DNA of 26,263 nt, taken from Gallionellaceae bacterium. Lineage in GTDB: Bacteria; Pseudomonadota; Gammaproteobacteria; Burkholderiales; Gallionellaceae. The stretch is from NCBI GenBank assembly GCA_030690855.1, contig JAUYFR010000300.1:1-26263 (forward strand). The letters are read 5' to 3'. Positions 13,252 through 24,666 of this stretch are shown piece after piece; position 1 is the first letter of the stretch; the number at the start of each line of letters is the position of its first letter. Both the position numbers and the translations under genes were made by a program. Under the pieces are notes generated by a model. The model did no database searches. It was not told the DNA's origin and worked only from the letters and a program-made list of their open reading frames with translations.

Positions 13252-15146
13252 GTTGACAGTGGCTGCGATACGGTTATCCCGCCACGCTTTAAATGCACTA
13301 AAAGTAAAGATATCGCTGCGGGCGTTATTCCCGAAATTCTACCCGCCTGCCCCAATGTTTCTGGGCGAAACTTTTCAAGTTTTTGCCGTGCCTCGGTTGA
13401 TAACCCGCCGACCAATGAATAGTCCAAATTAACTGGCAGCTTCAACATTTCATTCTCAACATGCCGAGTTATTTCGGTATGTTGACGTTCGATATAACCT
13501 TGATACTTTGCTTGAATTTCCACTTGCTCAGCAACTTTTTTATCAATTGTTGTTGAAGCCACCCCCTCCATTGACATAAGTGTTTCATAGCCAACATCGG
13601 GTCTGCGCAATAATTCATAAAGAGAATATTCACGTTCAATGTTTTTCCCCAGCACACGCTCAGCTTCTGCAGCCGATAAAATTTTAGGGTTTACCCATGT
13701 CGACTTTAAGCGCTCTATTTCAATTGCAACTGCTTCTCGTTTTGCATCAAAGGCCGCCCAGCGCAGCGCATCTACCAACCCTAATTGGCGGCCGATCTCG
13801 GTTAACCGCGCATCCGCATTGTCTTCGCGTAACTGCAAGCGATATTCTGCACGACTTGTAAACATTCGATACGGCTCCGACACACCTTGTGTAGTTAAAT
13901 CATCAACCAACACACCCAAATAGGCTTCATCACGGCGCGGCGCCCACGCCTCTTCTTCAGTAGAAAATCGTGCCGCATTTAAACCCGCCAACAACCCCTG
14001 TGCCGCGGCTTCTTCATATCCTGTTGTGCCATTAATTTGGCCCGCAAAAAACAAGCCTTTTATCGCTTTAGTTTCCAAAGAAGTTTTCAGTCCGCGCGGA
14101 TCAAAATAGTCATACTCAATTGCGTAGCCTGGTCGAGTAATATATGCGTTTTCAAGGCCCTTAATGGAGCGCACTAGTTGGAGCTGAATATCAAACGGCA
14201 AGCTAGTCGAAATGCCGTTTGGATAAACCTCATGCGTTGTTAACCCTTCGGGTTCCAGAAAAATCTGATGGCCATCTTTATCGGCAAAACGCGTAATTTT
14301 GTCTTCGATAGACGGGCAATAGCGCGGCCCCACTCCTTCAATAACCCCCGTAAACAGGGGGGAGCGGTCTAACCCACCGCGAATAATGTCGTGAGTTTGT
14401 ACGTTGGTATGGGTAATCCAGCATGGCATCTGTTTTGGGTGCTGCTCAACACGCCCCATAAACGAAAACACGGATACCGGCGTATCCCCCGGCTGCTCAA
14501 TCATTACTGAATAGTCAATGCTACGCCCATCTATGCGCGGGGGCGTTCCTGTTTTCAAACGCCCAATTGGCAATCCCAGCTCTCGCAAATCTTTAGACAG
14601 GGCCACCGAAGGAGGATCACCCGCCCGCCCCGCCGGATAATTAGACAATCCAACATGTATTAGCCCGGACAAAAATGTGCCCGTTGTTAACACCACACTC
14701 TTTGACATGAAGCGAAGACCAAGCAGCGTTTCTACACCCGCCACTGCATCGCCGTTCATAATTAACCGTTCAACTGCCTGCTGAAACAACCAAAGATTAG
14801 ACTGATTTTCAAGCCTTCCGCGGATTGCCGCCTTGTACAAAACACGATCCGCTTGCGCTCGCGTTGCTCTTACCGCCGGTCCTTTTGATGAGTTTAATAT
14901 ACGAAACTGTATTCCACCCTCATCTGTCGCCGCTGCCATAGCGCCACCCAACGCATCCACCTCTTTTACCAAGTGTCCCTTGCCAATACCGCCAATGGAC
15001 GGGTTGCATGACATCGCCCCCAATGTTTCAATATTGTGAGTGAGCAGCAACGTCGTCCGACCTAACCGCGCGCTTGCTAGCGCAGCCTCGGTCCCCGCGT
15101 GCCCCCCTCCTACAACGATAACATCAAACATTTTTGGGTAATTCAT
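13248..15146 (-). CDS. mnmG: tRNA uridine 5-carboxymethylaminomethyl modification enzyme (GidA)
   Basis: [45 protein letters not shown]. Confidence 0.99.
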   Translation of the reverse strand: MNYPKMFDVIVVGGGHAGTEAALASARLGRTTLLLTHNIETLGAMSCNPSIGGIGKGHLVKEVDALGGAMAAATDEGGIQFRILNSSKGPAVRATRAQADRVLYKAAIRGRLENQSNLWLFQQAVERLIMNGDAVAGVETLLGLRFMSKSVVLTTGTFLSGLIHVGLSNYPAGRAGDPPSVALSKDLRELGLPIGRLKTGTPPRIDGRSIDYSVMIEQPGDTPVSVFSFMGRVEQHPKQMPCWITHTNVQTHDIIRGGLDRSPLFTGVIEGVGPRYCPSIEDKITRFADKDGHQIFLEPEGLTTHEVYPNGISTSLPFDIQLQLVRSIKGLENAYITRPGYAIEYDYFDPRGLKTSLETKAIKGLFFAGQINGTTGYEEAAAQGLLAGLNAARFSTEEEAWAPRRDEAYLGVLVDDLTTQGVSEPYRMFTSRAEYRLQLREDNADARLTEIGRQLGLVDALRWAAFDAKREAVAIEIERLKSTWVNPKILSAAEAERVLGKNIEREYSLYELLRRPDVGYETLMSMEGVASTTIDKKVAEQVEIQAKYQGYIERQHTEITRHVENEMLKLPVNLDYSLVGGLSTEARQKLEKFRPETLGQAGRISGITPAAISLLLVHLKRGGITVSQPLST

Positions 15147-15164
15147 TTATACCGCGCCAAATCA

Positions 15165-15201
15165 AAGGCGCGCATCATACATTAATTGAACTCATTGAAA
15201 A
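15165..15201 (-). promoter_or_regulatory. Possible mnmG-rsmG-parAB promoter
   Basis: TATGAT (15179-15174) followed by a GC-rich GCGCGCC; weak -35 TTTTCA with a 16-bp spacer. Confidence 0.4.
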
Positions 15202-15219
15202 TAGCCCATGTCCGCAAAG

Positions 15220-15235
15220 TGTTTCACGTGAAACG
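15220..15235. promoter_or_regulatory. parS: parS centromere site 1
   Basis: TGTTTCACGTGAAACG, 15/16 match to the TGTTTCACGTGAAACA consensus, in the mnmE-mnmG spacer. Confidence 0.92.
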
Positions 15236-15242
15236 CGCGCAT

Positions 15243-16583
15243 TTATTTTCCAATACAAAAGCGACTGAAAATTTCGCCCAACAAGTCGTCGCTCGTAAAG
15301 CGCCCTGTTATCTCACTTAAAGCCACTTGCGAAAGCCTAAGGTCTTCTGCAAGTAGCTCCATGGTCGCTGCATTTACTGACGTTCGGGCTAAGCAAACTT
15401 TCGCTTTGTTAAGCGACTCTAGATGTCTGGCTCTGGCCATAAAGGCGCCAGACTCTCCATGCCATCCCAACATTTTTAATAGTTTCGCCTTTAATAGATT
15501 TATGCCTTCTTCTGTTTTTGCTGACACATAGATATAGTCTATTTCGTCTTTTGTTTCTTCATGAGCGGCCATCCCCACGAGATCAATCTTGTTGATGACA
15601 TGTAGCCTTGGTATGGCGCCCGGTATCTGCTCTAATATTTTTTCTGTAGCAGAGTCGTCTTTTTTTATTGCGTCCTCTAGGAGCAAAACCAGATCGGCGT
15701 TGTCAATGGCTTGCTTGGTGCGCTCCATTCCCATTTTCTCAACCACATCTTGAGACTCGCGCAAACCCGCCGTATCAATGATGTGAAATGGTACGCCATC
15801 TATATTAATTGCCTGACGAATTGCATCTCTTGTTGTACCAGCAACTTCGCTGACTAAGGCGACCTCCTCTCCTGATAGTCTATTTAGCAAGCTAGATTTG
15901 CCAACGTTTGGCCTTCCAACCAACACCACATGAGCGCCCTCTCTTAGGATGCCACCTTGTTTTGCTAAGTCAAAAATTCGGTCTAGCTCAAACTTAATAC
16001 TATTAAGTTTGTTTTCTTGCCGCGCCAAATTCTGAGCAGGTATTTCTTCTTCCGGAAAGTCTAACGAGGCTTCAATTTGCATACGAAGCTCAATGAGTTG
16101 TGCAAGCAAACGATGTATTGCTTGTGAAAAATCACCCTGTAACGATCGCATAGCGCTGCGAACCCCCTGTTCGGTGGTTGCGTTAATTAGATCAATTACA
16201 CTTTCCGCCTGTACTAAATCGAGTTTATTGTTAAGAAAGGCGCGCTGAGTAAACTCCCCTGCCTCTGCAGGTCTAGCACCAAGAGAGAAACAGCGTTGCA
16301 GAATTAAGCCAAGAACCGCTGTTCCGCCGTGTCCTTGTAGCTCAATGACATCTTCACCGGTGTAAGAGTGGGGGCCTGGAAAATACAGCCCAATTCCATA
16401 ATCAAGGACCACTCCTTCGGCACTCTTAAAGGGCACATAAGTAGCATGGCGAGGAATTAGTTTTTGACCAAACAGTGGAAGCAAAAAAGACGAAAGGTCT
16501 TTACCGGAAAGACGAATAACACCAATCCCCCCTCGGCCAGGTGCCGTAGCGATTGCCGCGACAACATCAAGTTTTGACAACAT
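15243..16583 (-). CDS. mnmE: tRNA modification GTPase (TrmE)
   Basis: AIATAPGRGGIG, GRPNVGKSS, DTAG, NKID, C-terminal FCIGK. Confidence 0.99.
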   Translation of the reverse strand: MLSKLDVVAAIATAPGRGGIGVIRLSGKDLSSFLLPLFGQKLIPRHATYVPFKSAEGVVLDYGIGLYFPGPHSYTGEDVIELQGHGGTAVLGLILQRCFSLGARPAEAGEFTQRAFLNNKLDLVQAESVIDLINATTEQGVRSAMRSLQGDFSQAIHRLLAQLIELRMQIEASLDFPEEEIPAQNLARQENKLNSIKFELDRIFDLAKQGGILREGAHVVLVGRPNVGKSSLLNRLSGEEVALVSEVAGTTRDAIRQAINIDGVPFHIIDTAGLRESQDVVEKMGMERTKQAIDNADLVLLLEDAIKKDDSATEKILEQIPGAIPRLHVINKIDLVGMAAHEETKDEIDYIYVSAKTEEGINLLKAKLLKMLGWHGESGAFMARARHLESLNKAKVCLARTSVNAATMELLAEDLRLSQVALSEITGRFTSDDLLGEIFSRFCIGK

Positions 16584-18198
16584 CCTTTTGACCGCCCTCT
16601 AAACTACGTGTTATGTACCATTGTTGAGCAATAGAAAGCACGTTATTTACGATGGAATATAAAACCAGCCCTGCGGGGAAAAAGAAGAACACAACGCTAA
16701 AAACAACTGGCATCCACTGCATTAACTTCGCCTGTATTGGGTCTGGCGGTGTTGGATTAAGCCTACCTTGAATTAACATACTAATGCCCATAATGGCTGG
16801 CATGATGTAGTATGGATCTGCAACCGACAGATCCGTAATCCAGCCAATAAAAGGAGCGTGGCGCAACTCAACACTCGCCAGAATTGACCAATAAAGTGCA
16901 ATAAATACCGGGATTTGAATCAATACGGGCAAGCAGCCGCCAAGAGGATTGATTTTTTCAGTTTTATAGAGATCCATCATCGCTTTATTTAGCTTTTCGC
17001 GATCATCACTATATTGCTGTTTGATTTTTTCTAGCTTCGGTGCAACCACCTTCATTTTTGCCATCGAACGGTAGCTCGCAGCAGATAGTGGGAAAAATAC
17101 TAATTTAATAAGGACCGTTAGCAGAATGATTGCTAAGCCCCAATTTTGAACCCAGCCTTGAATAAAGGTTAGTAACCAAAACAATGGAGTTGCAATAATA
17201 GTAAGCCAGCCATAATCAACTGTTAAGCCAAGTCCTGGTGCAATTTTGTCAAGATTTGAACTTGCTGGGCCAACATATAGTGGGGTTGTAATCTCACCTT
17301 TGCCGCCCGGCAGTATTGTTGGCATTGTCAAAACTGTACCAACTGAAAATTCTCTGCTTCCTAAAGATTTTGTATAAAACTCTCGTTCAGCGTTTCCGCT
17401 AGGAAGCCATGCACTCACAAAATAGTGTTGTAACATTGCCACCCAGCCGTCATTCGAAATTTTTATATGACTAGTTTTTCCTTTTTCAATTTCTGAGAAG
17501 TCAATCTTTTGGAACTTTTCTTTATCAGAGTAAACGGCAGCCCCTGTGTACGTTGGCACCAATGCTGAAGCGCCCTCTGGAACGCCGTCATCTCTAACTA
17601 ATTGATAGTAAGCCGATACTGATAAAGGCTTATCGCCTAGATTTTCAATTTCATAACCAACATCGATCAGATAACTATTCCGATGAAAGGTTAAAACCTT
17701 GGTTACACCTTTTCCGGCTGATAATCGTACCGAAACGGTATCTTTGCCATCTTGTAAACTAAACTCTTCAGCCGTTGAGATAAATTGCTCTCGATGCGTC
17801 GGCAAGCCCTCACCAAGTAAACCAGTTTGAGCGATATAAGTATGGCCTTCTTGTTTCTGAAGCAAAACAAATGCCTTATTTTTGTCTGTTGCATCTTTAT
17901 GTTGAAGCAACTCTACTCTTTGAATATCGCCGCCAAGCGTATTTAGCTCAACCAATAGGCTGTCCGTTTTAACAACGATTTTTTTTCCTTGAATTGCGCT
18001 TGCCGGGGCTTCAATTACTTTTGCACTATCAACCTGCGGCTGCGCCCTTAATGATGACGGCGCTTCTGGCAGCGTAGCTTTTGGTTTTTCGGCGATGGTT
18101 GACTGCGGTACTGGATGTTGATATTTTTCCCATCCATCCCAGAGCGCTACCGCAGAAAAGGAAAAAATAAGAAACAAGAAAAGCCGTTGAAATTCCAT
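16567..18198 (-). CDS. yidC: Membrane protein insertase
   Basis: Start set at ATG 18198 (MEFQRLFLFL) behind a GGGA SD. VDYGWL, NWGLAII, INPLGGCLP, LYSIVNNVLSIAQQW. Overlaps the mnmE start by 17 bp. Confidence 0.98.
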   Translation of the reverse strand: MEFQRLFLFLIFSFSAVALWDGWEKYQHPVPQSTIAEKPKATLPEAPSSLRAQPQVDSAKVIEAPASAIQGKKIVVKTDSLLVELNTLGGDIQRVELLQHKDATDKNKAFVLLQKQEGHTYIAQTGLLGEGLPTHREQFISTAEEFSLQDGKDTVSVRLSAGKGVTKVLTFHRNSYLIDVGYEIENLGDKPLSVSAYYQLVRDDGVPEGASALVPTYTGAAVYSDKEKFQKIDFSEIEKGKTSHIKISNDGWVAMLQHYFVSAWLPSGNAEREFYTKSLGSREFSVGTVLTMPTILPGGKGEITTPLYVGPASSNLDKIAPGLGLTVDYGWLTIIATPLFWLLTFIQGWVQNWGLAIILLTVLIKLVFFPLSAASYRSMAKMKVVAPKLEKIKQQYSDDREKLNKAMMDLYKTEKINPLGGCLPVLIQIPVFIALYWSILASVELRHAPFIGWITDLSVADPYYIMPAIMGISMLIQGRLNPTPPDPIQAKLMQWMPVVFSVVFFFFPAGLVLYSIVNNVLSIAQQWYITRSLEGGQKDVVKT

Positions 18199-18227
18199 CT
18201 TTGAATATCCCAAAAAATAAAGTCGCG

Positions 18228-18437
18228 CTAAGGAACGGGGTCGTAACCGCCCGCACCCCATGGATTACAACGCAGTATTCGCCAAACTCCATGCTTAATT
18301 CCACGTATAAGCCCATGTTTTATCAGGGCATCTCTGAAATAAGTAGAACAAGAGGGGGTAAAGCGACAAGTAGGAGGAAATAGAGGGCTTATTAAATATT
18401 GATACCCTCTAATTATGAATAAAATAACGCGAATCAT
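18228..18437 (-). CDS. yidD: Membrane protein insertion efficiency factor
   Basis: [32 protein letters not shown]. Confidence 0.97.
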   Translation of the reverse strand: MIRVILFIIRGYQYLISPLFPPTCRFTPSCSTYFRDALIKHGLIRGIKHGVWRILRCNPWGAGGYDPVP

Positions 18438-18784
18438 AGAGTTGCTATTCTGGCATTAATTAACAATCGAGATAAAGCCTGTCTAAACTCTGGTGTTTCG
18501 TTGCTAATTATCGAACGCTTTACTCTAATAATGATGTCGATAGTATTAACGTTCCCAGCTGTACTTAATCGAAAAACCTCTCGAACAACTCTTTTTATTC
18601 GATTTCTGGTTACTGCCTTAACCGCAACCCGCTTACTTACAATAATGCCTATTCTATCTAACCCTGCCTCATTTTTAGAGGTATGAAGAACAATCCACTT
18701 ATTCGTTATTGGCCTGTTCTTCAGGATTCGTTCGAATTCATCACTACTATGAATTCTCTTAGAATATGAAAAATTTTGTGTCAC
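18434..18784 (-). CDS. rnpA: Ribonuclease P protein component
   Basis: GIIVSKR and the AVTRNRIKR (RNR) motif; GTG start 1 bp after the rpmH stop. Confidence 0.95.
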   Translation of the reverse strand: MTQNFSYSKRIHSSDEFERILKNRPITNKWIVLHTSKNEAGLDRIGIIVSKRVAVKAVTRNRIKRVVREVFRLSTAGNVNTIDIIIRVKRSIISNETPEFRQALSRLLINARIATL

Positions 18785-18785
18785 A

Positions 18786-18920
18786 TTACACTGCTAAGCG
18801 TTTGCGACCTTTAGCTCTACGCGCAGCAATAACTGCTCTTCCACCTTTTGTTTTCATACGAACCAAAAATCCGTGTGTGCGTTTTCTTTTAGTTACTGAT
18901 GGTTGATATGTACGTTTCAT
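18786..18920 (-). CDS. rpmH: 50S ribosomal protein L34 (not in the ORF track)
   Basis: Hand translation gives [44 protein letters not shown]; AAGGA SD upstream. Confidence 0.99.
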   Translation of the reverse strand: MKRTYQPSVTKRKRTHGFLVRMKTKGGRAVIAARRAKGRKRLAV

Positions 18921-18949
18921 GATTATTCCTTACTTGTTCGCGTTGAAAA

Positions 18950-18985
18950 GCGCGCGATTACAATACTTTACTTGTTTCCTGTCAA
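18950..18985 (-). promoter_or_regulatory. Putative rpmH operon promoter
   Basis: Perfect TTGACA (18985-18980), 17-bp spacer, TGTAAT (18962-18957), then GC-rich CGCGCGC. Confidence 0.6.
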
Positions 18986-18999
18986 GTTTATTTTATACC

Positions 19000-19030
19000 T
19001 GTGGATAACTTTTTTTTCTAGCTGTAGAAT
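19000..19030 (+). promoter_or_regulatory. Perfect DnaA box over the -35 region of the putative dnaA promoter
   Basis: TGTGGATAA at 19000-19008 (reverse complement TTATCCACA) and a -10-like TAGAAT at 19025-19030; fits known dnaA autoregulation. Confidence 0.75.
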
Positions 19031-19060
19031 GCGCTTCAGTTTTAATCCTCCAATACTTTC

Positions 19061-20404
19061 ATGCCTCATCAAAAACTTTGGAATAGCTGCCTTGATTACT
19101 TTAAGACTCAGCTTCCTGCTCAACAATTCAACTCTTGGATTAAGCCCTTAATTGTTGAGGTTAAAGACCAAAAAATTGTAATCGTTACGCCTAATGGATT
19201 TACATTAAACGTTATTCAAGAACGATTTTTACCAGAAATATCTAAGCGTGCCCTTGAGTTTTTTTCAACACCTGTCCATATTGAACTGCGCATAGAAAAA
19301 CAGAGACAAATAGCAATAACTCCCAATAATCCTTCAAGTATTAAAGCTGAAATAAAAACGATAGCAAAAAAAACTTATCAAAACTCAGTCAAGCTAAATT
19401 CATCCTTACTATTCGAAAACTTTGTTACCGGTAAAGCTAACCAGCTTGCCCATGCCGCAGCTATTCAAGTAGCAGACTCACCAGGAACAACTTACAACCC
19501 TTTATTTATTTACGGCGGTGTCGGTTTAGGTAAAACGCACCTATTACAAGCCATCGGTAACCAATTTAAACAAGAAAATAACCAGGCTAAAATTTGCTAT
19601 GTTCACGCAACAAATTACATTTCTGATGTTGTTCGCGCTTTTCAAACTAAACAATTTGATGAATTTAAACAATTCTACAACTCGTTGGATTTGTTATTGA
19701 TTGACGATATTCAATTTATTGCCGATAAACCAGGAACACAACAAGAGTTTTTCTATACGCTTAACTCTTTGATTGATAAGAATAAACAAGTTGTTATTAC
19801 GTGCGATACTTTTCCAAAAGAAATTAATGGGATAGAACCAAGATTAACCTCTCGATTTAGCTGTGGTTTAACGGTAGCTATTGAGCCTCCCGGTTTAGAA
19901 ATGCGTGTTGCTATTCTTTTACAAAAATCTACTCAATCGAAAAATCCTATTGGCGAGGATGTGGCTTTTTTTATTGCCAAACATGTACGATCAAATATTA
20001 GAGAGCTTGAAGGTGCATTAAATAGAATTGAAGCTTTCGCCCGTTTTCATAAACGTCCTATTAATGTTGAATTAGCAAAAGAGGCTCTCAAAGATCTTTT
20101 AGCTGCTCAAAATAAACAAGTATCAATTGAAAATATTCAAAAAACAGTTGCGGACTTTTATCGAATTAAAATAATTGATCTATTATCTAAGAAAAGAACA
20201 AGAATTATTGCAAGGCCTAGACAAATGGCAATGTGTTTAGCAAGAGAATTAACCCAATTAAGCTTGCCGGAAATAGGAAATGCTTTTGGCGGTAGAGATC
20301 ATTCGACCGTTTTACATGCTTGCAAAACAATTGAACAATTAAAAAATACAGATAATTCAATACACTCTGACTTCAATTTACTTAATCAAACCTTAAGGAA
20401 TTAA
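19061..20404 (+). CDS. dnaA: Chromosomal replication initiator DnaA
   Basis: YNPLFIYGGVGLGKTHLL, LLLIDDIQF, NIRELEGAL, GGRDHSTVLHA. Confidence 0.99.
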   Translation: MPHQKLWNSCLDYFKTQLPAQQFNSWIKPLIVEVKDQKIVIVTPNGFTLNVIQERFLPEISKRALEFFSTPVHIELRIEKQRQIAITPNNPSSIKAEIKTIAKKTYQNSVKLNSSLLFENFVTGKANQLAHAAAIQVADSPGTTYNPLFIYGGVGLGKTHLLQAIGNQFKQENNQAKICYVHATNYISDVVRAFQTKQFDEFKQFYNSLDLLLIDDIQFIADKPGTQQEFFYTLNSLIDKNKQVVITCDTFPKEINGIEPRLTSRFSCGLTVAIEPPGLEMRVAILLQKSTQSKNPIGEDVAFFIAKHVRSNIRELEGALNRIEAFARFHKRPINVELAKEALKDLLAAQNKQVSIENIQKTVADFYRIKIIDLLSKKRTRIIARPRQMAMCLARELTQLSLPEIGNAFGGRDHSTVLHACKTIEQLKNTDNSIHSDFNLLNQTLRN

Positions 20405-20599
20405 CTATGTATTTTCCCTTTATAAAATGTTTATAAGTCCATAAATAAAAGAAAACAGAAAAGTTATTCACAATATATAAACAATATAAAACATGAGTTG
20501 TGAACAATATAAAAACAACTTAACTTATTGTTTATAGGTTTTAATTAGAGTTATACATAAAAAAAGATCACATTATTATTGTTATTAAGGATATATAAA
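20405..20599. other. oriC: Probable oriC (dnaA-dnaN spacer)
   Basis: 37/195 G+C (~19%). DnaA-box-like 9-mers: TTATTCACA 20464-72, TGTGAACAA 20499-507, TTATACATA 20551-59, TGTTTATAA 20428-36. Trinucleotide run TTATTATTGTTATTA at 20573-87. Flanked by two parS sites. Confidence 0.75.
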
Positions 20600-21703
20600 A
20601 TGTTTATTGAAAAAATTGATCGAGATTCCATACTCAAACCCTTGCAAACAGTTGTTGGTATTGTTGAAAGAAAACAACCGCTACCAATACTTTCTAATGT
20701 TTTAATAGAAAAAAATGTTGGTACCATTAAATTAGTCGCAACCGACTTAGAGATACAAATTTCCACACAACATCAGTTAGAGGCAGGAGCAGCCATCGGT
20801 TCGGTAACGGTCTCAGCAAAAAAATTACAAGAAATTCTTCGAGTTTTGCCTGATCAAAGCCAAGTATCGCTAGATATTCAAGAAAACAAACTGCTAATCA
20901 AAGCTAATAAAAGTAAATTTAGTTTACAAACATTACCTGCACAAGATTTTCCATTAGTTACAAACTTAATTGAAGGCGCTACTAAAATTGTTTTAAAGCA
21001 AGGGTTACTAAAAAAACTCTTAGCATTAGTTCAATATGCGATGGCGCAACAAGATATTCGTTATTACTTAAATGGTGTTTTATTAGTAATTGAAAATAAC
21101 ATTATTAGACTGATTGCTACGGATGGTCATCGTTTAGCCTATGTCAGCGCAAGTATAGAAAACGAAGGCCCAAAAAAAGAAGTGATTTTGTCTAGAAAAA
21201 CTGTCAATGAATTATCAAAACTTCTTTCTAATAATGAAGACCCGATTGAGCTAGAGTTAGCTGAAAAACAAGTCAGGATTACTTTTGCAGATATTGTATT
21301 AACTTCAAAAGTAATTGATGGTAAGTTTCCAGACTACGAACGAGTGATTCCTAATTATACAAATCATCTACAACTGGATCGATTAACTATTGTGCAAGCC
21401 CTTCAGCGAGCAGCAATTCTATCCAATGAAAAATTTAGGGGCGTGAGATTTGTTCTAACAGAAAAGAATTTACGTATTATCAGTAGCAATAGTGAACAAG
21501 AAGAGGCCCAAGAAGATATTGAAAATGAATATCATGGTCCGGCATTGGATATTGGTTTTAATGTAAATTATTTGCTTGATGGGCTAAACAACACACCAGC
21601 GCAAGAAGTAACATTCTCATTTGGAGATCCGAACAGTAGTATTTTGATTACCGTTCCAGGAGAAGAAGAGTTTAAATATGTAGTCATGCCAATGCGCATT
21701 TAA
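20600..21703 (+). CDS. dnaN: DNA polymerase III beta sliding clamp
   Basis: Start set at ATG 20600 behind an AAGGA SD. PILSNVLI, RYYLNGV, ATDGHRL, GKFPDYERVIP, VVMPMRI. Confidence 0.99.
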   Translation: MFIEKIDRDSILKPLQTVVGIVERKQPLPILSNVLIEKNVGTIKLVATDLEIQISTQHQLEAGAAIGSVTVSAKKLQEILRVLPDQSQVSLDIQENKLLIKANKSKFSLQTLPAQDFPLVTNLIEGATKIVLKQGLLKKLLALVQYAMAQQDIRYYLNGVLLVIENNIIRLIATDGHRLAYVSASIENEGPKKEVILSRKTVNELSKLLSNNEDPIELELAEKQVRITFADIVLTSKVIDGKFPDYERVIPNYTNHLQLDRLTIVQALQRAAILSNEKFRGVRFVLTEKNLRIISSNSEQEEAQEDIENEYHGPALDIGFNVNYLLDGLNNTPAQEVTFSFGDPNSSILITVPGEEEFKYVVMPMRI

Positions 21704-21708
21704 TTACA

Positions 21709-24171
<2,463 letters not shown>

Positions 24172-24241
24172 AGAGCGAGTTGCCTTAACCAGAAAAAAGG
24201 AGTTGTTTGCTGAAAGTTAGTGAGTTACACGGAGAGCTGTT

Positions 24242-24595
24242 ATGCATATTTCAATAATAAAGATATTGGTTTTACTTCTTTTCTTTTTTCTGTCGGGTTG
24301 CGGAACACTCGAAAATAAAACTATCCTCTTGAATGTTGGAGACTCTAAGAAGGCGGTTCTTGATGTTATGGGGACACCAGCAGACCGCCAAATAAGCGGG
24401 CAACAAGAGGCTTGGCAATATTGCGTTTCTGGAGCTGGGTTTGGGTGGAATGACCATAAAATTATTTGGTTTAACGCTGGGCAAGTAACCGGAATTAATT
24501 CTTATAGATCGAGCGTGAGTGGTTGCCAAGGAGGAATTAAACCCGTGCGCTGGGAAAATGCCCCGGATTCTGTTTTGGAAATCAGGCGTCGATGA
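24242..24595 (+). CDS. Small lipoprotein, possibly SmpA/OmlA(BamE)-like fold
   Basis: Hydrophobic signal with LSGC lipobox (Cys20); GDSKKAVLDVMGTP and EAWQY resemble the SmpA_OmlA pattern; GGAGAG SD. Confidence 0.7.
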   Translation: MHISIIKILVLLLFFFLSGCGTLENKTILLNVGDSKKAVLDVMGTPADRQISGQQEAWQYCVSGAGFGWNDHKIIWFNAGQVTGINSYRSSVSGCQGGIKPVRWENAPDSVLEIRRR

Positions 24596-24658
24596 TTCAA
24601 CCCTGTATTTGAGTAGGATGGTTTGCCGTTGGGGAATTGTTCAATTTTAATGTTAGTG
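24595..24658 (+). mobile_element. Degenerate attC-like integron recombination site
   Basis: ATTCAAC (RYYYAAC) - 5 bp - ATTTGAGT - 24 bp - GTTCAAT - 6 bp - GTTAGTG; 64 bp, with the 7-5-8...7-6-7 spacing of known attC sites. Stem pairing is only partial. Confidence 0.55.
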
Positions 24659-24666
24659 AGTACAAC

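Larger units (their letters stand above)
24216..24661 (+). repeat. 10-bp direct repeat GTTAGTGAGT (24216-24225 and 24652-24661) flanking the lipoprotein gene
   Basis: Exact match, extending to GTTAGTGAGT(T)ACA. Each copy lies just upstream of a gene start. Confidence 0.9.

Noticed and set aside
15147-15242. E. coli-style oriC upstream of mnmG (gidA)
   Set aside because: Only 96 bp, with no DnaA boxes or AT-rich 13-mers; it holds a parS instead.
18199-18261. N-terminal extensions in the ORF track for yidC (18261), atpD (5960), dnaN (20579) and the GNAT (24637)
   Set aside because: Downstream ATGs have SD sequences or match homologue N-termini. The extensions overlap yidD, the SD itself, the oriC trio run or the attC-like site.
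20384-20599. IHF site and Dam/SeqA GATC cluster at the origin
   Set aside because: AATCAAACCTTA has a 3-nt rather than 4-nt spacer for WATCAANNNNTTR, and the spacer has just one GATC.
24181-24222. Complete attC upstream of the first accessory gene (CCTTAAC...GTTAGTG)
   Set aside because: Only ~26 bp separate AAC and GTT and there is no stem; at most an attI-like or secondary site.
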